A DNA stretch of 15,757 nucleotides from Octopus sinensis. Lineage: Eukaryota. Numbering within the stretch: the first letter of the stretch is position 1; every line of letters starts with the position of its first letter. The notes beneath the pieces are model-generated. The model worked only from the letters and a program-made list of their open reading frames with translations, made no database searches and had not been told where the DNA came from. The stretch spans positions 1 to 15,757 of the forward strand of contig NW_021825352.1 of assembly GCF_006345805.1 (NCBI RefSeq), written 5' to 3'. This document shows positions 1 through 7,786 of this stretch, in pieces. The translations under genes were made by a program, and so were the position numbers.

Positions 1-181
1 ATATATAAATATATGCATATAGATATAGTAAAAAGTTCTTTATAGGCATGTATAAATAAAATCTTATGTAAAACACTACTAACAATTATAAAAGTTGAGA
101 AGAGACGTAAAAAGTTCAGATTAGAATTTAATTTCCACATACGACCGTTTCAAATGGCAATACAAACATGTAAGAAAAAAT

Positions 182-184
<3 letters not shown>

Positions 185-241
<57 letters not shown>
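185..241. repeat. (AAT)n microsatellite
   Basis: Uninterrupted AAT run read directly from the sequence. Confidence 0.97.
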
Positions 242-572
242 TAAGATAGTTATATATTAACATTCTCGTCAGTGTAAAAAATTAAAGGAAACCATCAAAG
301 AAGGTATTATAAAAAAAAAACAACAGTTAGAGGAAAAAACAAAGAGGCTATGTTGGAGAAGCTAACCGGATATTTGCAAATAGATTGTAAAAGGGAAAAA
401 AGGAAGAGAAACAGGGACATGTTAATGCAGTTTCGAATTTATCTATGTAATAATCTATAAACTAATCTGGCCAACGGATATAGCAAAAATTTAGATTCAG
501 ATGAATATGGTACTTAAGTTAAAGGCACCAGAATTTGGTATGGTATTATCCATATAAATCAAATGGGGTGAT

Positions 573-891
573 TATAATCAAAATAAGCAACAAGGATATC
601 CAAAGGTAGTGTTGTACAATCGTTTCATGCAACTTCATTTAATTAAACAATGTAAGTATTACATCAGTTTTAAAATGTAGAGCAATGTTCAATTTTATAC
701 TTATTCCATAGTAAGTATAAAAATCAACGTTGTCAATTTAATTATAAAAAATTCCATATGTGGTCAGCCACATATGGAATGCTCTACATTTTAAAACTGA
801 TGTAATACTTACATTGTTTAATCAAATGAAGTAGCATGAAACGATTGTACTACACTACCTTTGGATATCCTTGGTGCTTATTTTGAGTATA
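573..891. mobile_element. Foldback/MITE-like element with ~107-bp inverted arms and two internal hairpins
   Basis: 578-684 is the reverse complement of 780-886 with 4 mismatches. Pairing extends with one more mismatch to 573/891, in TA context. The spacer holds hairpins 693-703/712-722 and 751-763/768-780. The inverted repeat is certain; the MITE label is inference. Confidence 0.7.
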
Positions 892-915
892 TATATATAT
901 ATGTATATGTATATG

Positions 916-974
<59 letters not shown>

Positions 975-1037
975 ATATACACACATATATATATACATAT
1001 ACATATATATATATACATATATGTATAATATATATAT

Positions 1038-1068
<31 letters not shown>

Positions 1069-1183
1069 CATATAATATACATATATAATACATTATGTAC
1101 ATATATATAACATATACATATATATACATATATGTACACATACATATATGTACATATATATATTATAATATATATATATATAT

Positions 1184-1239
<56 letters not shown>

Positions 1240-1260
1240 TATATATATCTATGTATGTAT
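888..1260. repeat. Compound (TA)n/(TACA)n microsatellite
   Basis: Long imperfect TA array. It accounts for the Y/I-rich ORFs at 850-1334. Confidence 0.97.
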
Positions 1261-1261
1261 G

Positions 1262-1489
1262 CGTGTGTCTTTGTGTCTGTACTTGTCCCCCATCGCCGCT
1301 TGACGACCGTGCTGGTTCGTTTTCAATTCCGTAAACCACCAGTTTGGCAAATGATACTGAGAGAATTAGTACCAGATTAGAAAGAATTATGTACTTGGGT
1401 CGTTTCATTCGGCTAGAAATTCCTCAAGGCGGCGTTTCAGCATGGCCACAATCTAATGACTGAAAGAAGTAAAAGATAAAAAATAAAAG
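1262..1489 (+). mobile_element. SINE family A, diverged 3' half
   Basis: Reverse-complement similarity to 3024-3230, e.g. GCTTGACGACCG...AAGGCGGCGTTTCAGCATGGCCACA...ATGACTGAAAGAAGTAAAAGA tail. Confidence 0.85.
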
Positions 1490-1529
1490 TTGTATCATAC
1501 ACTTTATCTCTTTTTCCCGGGACCAATGG

Positions 1530-1583
1530 AATCAGCTATCACCCTTTCTCACAATTGCTGGCCTTTTACCTAAATGATAAACC
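1530..1583 (+). mobile_element. Probable SINE family B tail fragment (second tail type)
   Basis: AATTGCTGGCCTTTTACCTAAA resembles the tail AATTGCTGGTCTTGTGCCAAAA of the minus-strand copy at 3926-3975. The match is short and diverged. Confidence 0.4.
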
Positions 1584-1990
1584 AAGGTGGCGTGCTGGTA
1601 GAATCGTTAAAACGTCGGAACAAATGTCGGACGGTATATGCTCCGGTCTAAGGCGGCGAGCTTGCAGAAGCGTTAGCACGCCGGGCGAAATGCTTAGCGG
1701 TATTTTGTCTGCCGTTACGTTCTGAGTTCAAATTCCGCCGAGGTCGACTTTGTCTTTCATCCTTTCGGGGTCGATAAATTAAGTACCAGTTACGCACTGG
1801 GGTCGATATAATCGACTTAATCCGTTTGTCTGTCCTTGCTTGTCCTCTCTGTGTTTAGCCCCTTGTGGGTAGTAAAGAAATAGGTATATGCTCCGGTTCT
1901 TTTATATCTGAAAATAAAATGCAGCTGCGATCAATTGTATATTTCATCCTTCTGGAGTGATTAAAAAGAAGTGCCACTCAAGTACTAGGG
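1584..1990 (+). mobile_element. Old SINE family B copy, split by a younger family B insertion
   Basis: 1584-1647 (AAGGTGGCGTGCTGGTAGAATCGTT...) joins to 1898-1990 (...TTTCATCCTTCTGGAGTG...AAGTGCCACTCAAGTACTAGGG) to give a diverged, colinear version of 1651-1805. Confidence 0.8.
1651..1882 (+). mobile_element. Young full-length tRNA-derived SINE family B with 15-bp TSD
   Basis: A-box-like TTGCAGAAGCG at 1662-1672 and B box GAGTTCAAATTCC at 1724-1736. Flanked by identical GGTATATGCTCCGGT at 1633-1647 and 1883-1897. Confidence 0.92.
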
Positions 1991-2072
1991 ACAATGGTCT
2001 CGATCATCCTGCTCCCTTCAAAATTGATGGTGGTTTACCGAAATCAAAAATCATTATTAAAGAACTAAAAAC

Positions 2073-2232
2073 AGGAGCGAGCTGGCAGAATCGTTAGCAC
2101 ACCGGGCAAAATGCTTAGCGGCAGTTCGTTCGTTCGTCCATATGTTCTGAGTTTGAATACTGCCTGGGTCGACTTTGCCCTTCATCCTTTCGGGGTCGAT
2201 ATAAGTATAATTTGAACACTGAGGTTGATGTA
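2073..2232 (+). mobile_element. SINE family B, 3'-truncated copy
   Basis: GCGAGCTGGCAGAATCGTTAGCACACCGGGCAAAATGCTTAGCGG...GTCGACTTTGCCCTTCATCCTTTCGGGGTCGAT is colinear with 1651-1810. Confidence 0.9.
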
Positions 2233-2244
2233 AAAATAAGAAAA

Positions 2245-2314
2245 GTGCGTGTGTGCGTGTGTATGTGTGTGTATGTGTTTGTGTTTGTGTGTGTGTATTT
2301 GTATGTGTGTGTGT
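2245..2314. repeat. Imperfect (GT)n microsatellite
   Basis: GT-rich run read directly. Confidence 0.9.
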
Positions 2315-2545
2315 CCACTTTTCTACTCTTGCATGGCTCAGGCAGAATTGGCTGACGCAGATTTTCTGTAGCTGGATAATTCTTCTTGGCGCCAAACTGT
2401 TCTTGTTTCTAAAAAATAAAAATGTATTATTTTTACAACTGGACATGTTTCCATGGAGGATAAGAAACGAATGCTATCGTTTGTATTACGGTAGCACTCG
2501 TTAACATCTAACACTCGATGGCAAGACAAGGAAGTACAACCACAC
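2313..2545 (-). mobile_element. SINE-like family D relative, diverged 3' half
   Basis: Minus strand reads TTTGGCGCCAAGAAGAATTATCCAGCTACAGAAAAT...GCCATGCAAGAGTAGAAAAGTGGAC, which parallels GGTTGGCATTAGGAAGGGCATCCAGCCGTAGAAA...CCCATGCTAGCATAGAAAACGGAC at 7081-7204. Confidence 0.65.
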
Positions 2546-2546
2546 A

Positions 2547-2608
2547 CATATACATACATACATACATACATACATACATACATACATACATACATACATA
2601 CATACATA
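2547..2608. repeat. (CATA)n microsatellite
   Basis: Near-perfect tetranucleotide run. Confidence 0.97.
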
Positions 2609-2610
2609 CT

Positions 2611-2718
2611 TATATATAAATTGACAGCATAAAAATAAAAGCCAAGCCAGTAAATAGATTTCATGAAATCTATTTACTGCCTTGGTTTTTTTAAATCTCA
2701 TTCTGTCAATTTATATAT
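2611..2718. repeat. Spacerless foldback palindrome
   Basis: Perfect 32-bp palindrome CAGTAAATAGATTTCA|TGAAATCTATTTACTG at 2648-2679. It extends imperfectly to AATTGACAG (2619-2627) / CTGTCAATT (2703-2711). Confidence 0.9.
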
Positions 2719-2843
2719 ATGCATGCTAATACATGATCCTCGTTGGACTCCTCCCTCGTATCATTATCGAACCTGGAGCTTAACCATGGTCTATCCATAG
2801 CACTTAGCGCTTACCCGATACCTTTTGGGTCTTCCTGACACCA
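2664..2843 (+). repeat. Dispersed repeat, copy of 11193-11373 (sequence 3' of the hammerhead)
   Basis: Colinear with 11193-11373 from TGAAATCT to GACACCA. Exact shared 17-mer CGAACCTGGAGCTTAAC at 2768-2784 and 11296-11312. Confidence 0.88.
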
Positions 2844-2857
2844 ATACTCATATATAT

Positions 2858-2902
2858 TCGACGGACGTCTTTCAGTTTCTCTGTATCTAAGTCACTCATT
2901 CG
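2858..2902 (-). mobile_element. SINE family A, short 5'-half fragment
   Basis: CGACGGACGTCTTTCAGTTTC...CACTCA matches 4372-4411 and 3275-3312. Confidence 0.55.
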
Positions 2903-3023
2903 GTATGAAAGACAAAAGATTTTTCAAATTCAACAGTAAAGTGAGAACACAAAAGCGCCATTTCGGATATTTGCATAATCTCCAGAAACAACGATTATAT
3001 ATTTACATAAATATATGATATAG

Positions 3024-3436
3024 CTCTTTTACTCTTTTACTGGTTTCAGTCATATGACTGTGGCCATGCTGGAGCACCGCCTTTAGTCGAGCAAATTGAC
3101 CACAGGACTTATTCTTTGTAAGCCTAGAACTTATTCTGTCGGTCTCTCTTGCCGAACCGCTAAGTGACGAGGACGTAAGCATACCAGCATCAGTTGTCAA
3201 GCTATGTTGGGGGGACAAACACAGACACACAACCATATACATACACATACACACATATATATAAGCATATATATGACGGGATTCTTTCAGTTTCCGTCTA
3301 CCAAATCCGCTCGCAAGGATTTGGTCGGCCCGAGGCTAGAGTAGAAGACACTTGCCCAAGGTGCCATGCAGTGGGACTGAACCCGGAACCATGTGGTTCA
3401 TATGCAAACTACTTACCACACAGCCACTCCTACGCC
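3024..3436 (-). mobile_element. Full-length tRNA-derived CORE-type SINE family A with internal microsatellite
   Basis: Minus strand: A box TGGCTGTGTGG (3426-3416), B box GGTTCAGTCCC (3383-3373), CORE-like CACCTTGGGCAAG (3363-3351), internal (TA/TG)n, and (GTAAAAGA)n tail. Consistent with the CORE-type SINEs described from octopus, but not verified by search. Confidence 0.93.
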
Positions 3437-3439
3437 TAT

Positions 3440-3757
3440 ATGTATGTATGTATGTATGTATGGATTATGTATGTAGTATGTATGATGTATGTATGTATGT
3501 ATGTATGTATGTTGTATGTATGGTATGTATGTATGTATGTATGTATGTATTATGTATGTATGTATGATGTATGTATGTATGTATGTATGTATGTATGTAT
3601 GTATGTATGTATGTATGTATGTATGTATGTGTATGTATGTATGTATGATGTAGTATGTATGTATGTTGTATGTATGTATGTATGTAGTATGATGTAGTAT
3701 GTAGTATGTATGTATGTATGTGTATGTATGTATGTATGTATGTATGTATGTATGTAT
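3440..3757. repeat. (TATG)n microsatellite with interruptions
   Basis: ~320-bp array. It accounts for the MYVC/HTYI ORFs. Confidence 0.97.
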
Positions 3758-3780
3758 TGGTACATGGCACGGAGCAGTGG

Positions 3781-3908
3781 TTAAGTTGATTACATTAACC
3801 TCAGTGCTTAAATGGAGCTTATTTTATCGAACTCAGAACGTAAAGACGGACGAAATGCCGCTAAGTATTTTTCCCGGCCTGCTAACGATTCTGACAGCTC
3901 ACCACCTT
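3781..3908 (-). mobile_element. SINE family B with internal deletion
   Basis: Minus strand AAGGTGGTGAGCTGTCAGAATCGTTAGC...TACGTTCTGAGTT joins directly to CGATAAAATAAG. The segment from the B-box 3' half to TTTCGGGGT is missing. Confidence 0.85.
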
Positions 3909-3925
3909 GTCACATACATACATAT

Positions 3926-4129
3926 TCATTTCAAATTTTGGCACAAGACCAGCAATTTCAGGGAAGGGTAAGTCGGATACATCGACCCCATTACTCATCT
4001 GGTACTCATTTTTTTCGACCCCCAAAAGGAGAAAGGCAAAGTCAACCTCGGCGGAAATTGAACTCAAGATGGATGAAATGCTTAGCATTTTTGTCTGGCG
4101 TGCTAACGGTTCTGCCAGCGCGCTGTCTT
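3926..4129 (-). mobile_element. SINE family B, alternative-tail variant
   Basis: Minus strand GCGCTGGCAGAACCGTTAGCACGCC...GAGTTCAATTTCCGCCGAGGTTGACTTTGCC...GGGGTCGATGTATCCGACTTA, followed by a tail different from that of 1651-1882. Confidence 0.88.
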
Positions 4130-4151
4130 ATTATATACATATACTCTTTCT

Positions 4152-4492
4152 CTCTTTTACTCATTTACTTGTTTCAGTCATTTGACTGCGGCCATGCTGG
4201 CGCACCTCCTTTAATCGAGCAAATGATCCCAGGACTTATTCTTTGCAAGCCTAGTACTTATTCTAACCGCTAAGTTACAGGGACGTAAACACACCAGCAT
4301 CGGTTGTCAAGCTATGTTGGGGGGACAAACACAGACACACAAACACACACACACATATATATACAGATATACGACGGACTTCTTTCAGTTTCAGTCTACC
4401 AAATCTACTCACAAAGCTTTGGTCAGCCCGGGGCTGAACTCGGAACCATGTGGTTGGTAAGCAGCTACTTACCACACAGCCATTCCTGCGCC
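4152..4492 (-). mobile_element. SINE family A, near full length, CORE segment deleted
   Basis: Colinear with 3024-3436 but lacks the equivalent of 3338-3378 and a short block after TTATTCT. Confidence 0.92.
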
Positions 4493-4509
4493 TATATATA
4501 TATATAACC

Positions 4510-4540
<31 letters not shown>

Positions 4541-4549
4541 ATATATATA

Positions 4550-4590
<41 letters not shown>
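4493..4590. repeat. (TA)n microsatellite
   Basis: TA array abutting the SINE head. Confidence 0.95.
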
Positions 4591-4591
<1 letters not shown>

Positions 4592-4656
4592 TGATATGTA
4601 AAGGGGATATAACTGTCATTCAAGTGAGATCGCATGTGTAGATTTTGAATACTATC

Positions 4657-4695
<39 letters not shown>

Positions 4696-5607
4696 CCGGT
4701 CAGCTAAATATAATTTTTCTCCTACTACGCAACCGCTTCTAGCTGCAACACACACACACATAAATTCATTCGCTAAAACTGTTCTCATACGGAAAACTGA
4801 AAGTAACGTGTAAGCCCCACATTTTTATTTTTCACTCTTTTCTCCCTTTTATTTGAGTTATGTATGACAAATTCACCTTCTCACTGCATACACAAATATA
4901 TTCTCAGTAAAACTATTAGACGAGAACATTTATTTTGTGAAAACGTATTTTTGCATTTTTTTTTATTTTCGTATATCATAAATACATAACATAAAACTAT
5001 TTACCCTTTAGGTTAAAGAAATAAAACTAGTTTTATTTTAACAAAATATTTATGTATAAAAATTTAGCGCATTCTCAACGTTCAGTGTTTTCTCTATATG
5101 TGAATATACACATACGCATATGCACACGTATAGATATATATTCATATGTGAACGTATGTGTGTCTTTGTGTGCTTGAGTGAGTGTATGTGTGTGTATGTG
5201 CGTGTGTGTGTGCATGCGCGGCCAACGTAAACCTTTGCATCCATTACCCAATTTTTCCCCAAAGTTCGGAATGATTTATTTGTAAAATTTGTTTGCTAAA
5301 ATTACCCAGAAAGTGAAAGAAAATCATTACATAAAGTAGTAGCATACATCCCGAGATAACACATGTCATAAGTATATCATTTTGTAGTCTCCACAACATG
5401 CTATTTTGTTGACAGATTTACTTGCATATTTCGAAAGTTCACCTATATTATATATCTGTATTATGTGTGTTTATTCGTGTATACGTATCCAGATAATATG
5501 AAATATACTAGGAAAAGGATGCGTGGCGTTCGATCATATAACAATATAAATAATATATAAATATATGCATATATACATACATATATGTACATACCTACAC
5601 ACTCACA

Positions 5608-5652
<45 letters not shown>

Positions 5653-5800
5653 CATGCATTTATGGGTACAGGACATCAAAAAGACGTTGAACACAGTGAG
5701 AAACGAAAACAAAGAGAAAAAAACATAGAAACGAACTGTTTTTCAAACAACGCATATATGTATGTATATATGCATATATTTATATTATTAATATGAAATA

Positions 5801-6531
5801 TAGGTGGGGAAGAGAGGACGGACGTTTTTGAAAAAATCCCAAAATCATTAGTTTTAGCTGAAAAAAATTTTATTGACATTGTATTGAATTAACGTTCGTC
5901 ATAATTAATTGCAGTAAACAACATCTATCATGCGGTGTCTGTTTTCGTTGATGCGTTTCTGAAGGCGTCCTTAGAAGTTGGCCTCCACTATCAGCAATTG
6001 CTCTGTGTATAGCCCCATGGCTTCAACTGTTGCCCAATGACCAATTTGTACATGTGGAAATGCAGATCTTCATGCAAAATATGCCTTACCGATCAATTAC
6101 CGATGCCAAGTTCAGCGAAATGCCTCCGAGTAGAGCAATTCGGACTCTGCATCAAAACTTGTACGACGCGTTTCACATGTTCCGGGGTCCGTACCGTTCG
6201 TAGTCTCCTATTCATTAGTGTACCTCGTGTACGAAGTGCATTCACCCAACGGAAGATTGTGTTACGAATGGGAACAGCCTAATTTCGGTGAATGTTGAAG
6301 TGGCGCCGAAACTCACGCTGAACTGCTGTGACAAAATCGCTATTTTTCACGTAACTGTCGTAGGCAAGCACACGATGCTCTGTCGTCCACAGCGCCATGA
6401 CTTCACCTGATAAGGAAAGCAAAAAATGCTAAGACACCACGGACCAAATGGTACCTGTCAGACATATGCCCCTCCTACTGGAGCTGAGTAATAGCCATTT
6501 TAAAAACGTCCGTCCTCTTTGTCCCACCTTG
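5801..6531 (-). mobile_element. Tc1/mariner-superfamily DNA transposon, internal deletion derivative
   Basis: Imperfect ~30-bp TIRs at 5801-5829 and 6502-6531 share the exact core AGAGGACGGACGTTTTT. TA dinucleotides flank them at 5799-5800 and 6532-6533. A transposase relic lies inside. Confidence 0.9.
5905..6398 (-). pseudogene. Mariner-like transposase relic (N-terminal DNA-binding region fused to extreme C-terminus; catalytic domain absent)
   Basis: Manual translation from ATG 6398: MALWTTEHRVLAYDSYVKNSDFVTAVQREFRRHFNIHRN*AVPIRNTIFRWVNALRTRGT...RTVRTPEHVKRV...SVRHILHEDLHFHMYKLVIGQQLKP. Near 6000 it switches frame to VEANF*GRLQKRINENRHRMIDVVYCN*. In-frame stops are present. Confidence 0.9.
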
Positions 6532-6554
6532 TATAATATGCATACACACACATA

Positions 6555-6845
6555 CAGTGACGGACGGATCAGGCTACAAGCTAGCTCGATGGCAAGTGGG
6601 TCCCTGCGGCATTTGAATCCATATATGGGGGCTCTTGTTAGTATCTAAGGGGCCCATCCGCTCAAGTTTGAGAATTTTTTATTCACTCCTGGAAGAATAC
6701 ATTAATTATTTTAGTCTGGCTGTGTTTGTAGACACTTGAAAAGAATTCTATAAACAAAAGCAAAAATTAAATGATAGCATTGTAGTTGCGGGTGGGCCCA
6801 CTTAGTCTCCTGGCAACCAATATTTTAAAACCCAGTCCGCCACTG
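6555..6845. mobile_element. hAT-type MITE (291 bp) with 8-bp TSD
   Basis: Ends CAGTGACGGAC / GTCCGCCACTG (11-bp TIR, 1 mismatch). Identical CACACATA at 6547-6554 and 6846-6853. Subterminal GGGCCC-like motifs. The TSD is low-complexity, which slightly weakens the evidence. Confidence 0.82.
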
Positions 6846-6867
6846 CACACATATATTCATATACAAC

Positions 6868-6952
6868 TTTTATCTTTTGCTTGTTACGGGGGACGTAAGC
6901 ACATCAACACCGGTTGTCAAATGGTGATGGGGCAAACACAAAGACACCACAC
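6868..6952 (-). mobile_element. SINE family A fragment with large internal deletion
   Basis: Tail TTTTATCTTTTGCTTGTT is fused to ACGGGGGACGTAAGCACATCAACACCGGTTGTCAA...CAAACACAAAGACAC (compare 3165-3230). Confidence 0.75.
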
Positions 6953-7018
6953 GTGCTCGCAGAGTCGTAATTTGGAGGATGAGAGAAGTAGTGGCTGAAA
7001 TCTTAAATATAAATATAT

Positions 7019-7242
7019 GACACGTAAAAGGTACCTGTGTCGATGTGATATGTAAAAGGCACCCACAACATTCTTCGAACGGTTGGCATTAGGAAGGGCA
7101 TCCAGCCGTAGAAACCAAGCCAAATCGGACCGGAGCCTGCTCCAGCTGTCCGGCTTACCAATTACAATGAAAACGTCTAACCCATGCTAGCATAGAAAAC
7201 GGACACCAACTGACGATGATAACGATGGTGAGATGATGATGA
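7019..7242 (+). mobile_element. SINE-like family D, 3' part with (GAT)n tail
   Basis: GGTTGGCATTAGGAAGGGCATCCAGCCGTAGAAAC block, CCCATGCTAGCATAGAAAACGGAC and a GATGATGATGA tail. Related sequence at 2313-2400 (minus). Confidence 0.7.
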
Positions 7243-7474
7243 GAAGAGTAAAGTTTAGGCATATGTAAAAAGAGAGAACAGAATAGAGGATACATGGCAG
7301 GGCGATATATTTACCACGTTATTAGTCGAATACTTAAGGTAATTAAAGATATTTCCCTAAAAATATATTTTCGGAAGACATCAGTTATAAATTTATCTGC
7401 TGTCATAATTAAAGAAAGAAAGAAAGAAACAAACAAACAAATATGCACACGTACTCACATCCATACATATTAAT

Positions 7475-7786
7475 TGGCATTCCGTCGGTTAAGACGACGA
7501 ATGTTCCCGTTCATACGATCGACTGGACAACCTCCTAATGAAATTAGCACTCAACAGACACGCGTACCTTTAATGTTCTCAGAGTGATTCAGCGTGACAC
7601 ACAATATGACAAGGCTTTAGTAGAACATTTAAAATATAGGTTCTACTAATTTTTTGGCAGCTGAGAGGACCGAAGCAACGTGAAATAAAGTGTCATGCTC
7701 AAGGACACAACGATCCGCCAGGAATCGAACTCATATTCGCAGGACCGTGAGCTGAATAGCTTAACCGCTAAGCCAGGTGCCTTCAC
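7475..7786 (-). mobile_element. tRNA-derived SINE family C
   Basis: Minus strand: A box TGGCTTAGCGG (7775-7765), B box GAGTTCGATTCC (7732-7721), then TGTGTCCTTGAGCATGACACTT (conserved-domain-like) and a unique body. Confidence 0.82.

Noticed and set aside
850-1334. Y/I/H-rich ORFs on both strands
   Set aside because: Translations of the (TA)n array.
1651-1740. tRNA genes at A/B-box motifs (also 3370-3430 and 7720-7780)
   Set aside because: No complete cloverleaf is evident, and each continues into SINE body sequence repeated in the window.
3194-3770. 167-aa and overlapping MYVC/HTYI ORFs
   Set aside because: SINE A sequence plus (TATG)n microsatellite; no coding signal.
3812-4273. 153-aa plus-strand ORF
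   Set aside because: Runs antisense through three adjacent SINE copies.
4695-4745. Possible minus-strand micro-exon (GTTGCAG acceptor, RSGCVVGEKLYLAD)
   Set aside because: Weak donor, no recognisable domain, lies between CA repeats, and no partner exons are identifiable.
6037-6282. 81-aa plus-strand ORF
   Set aside because: Antisense to the mariner transposase relic.
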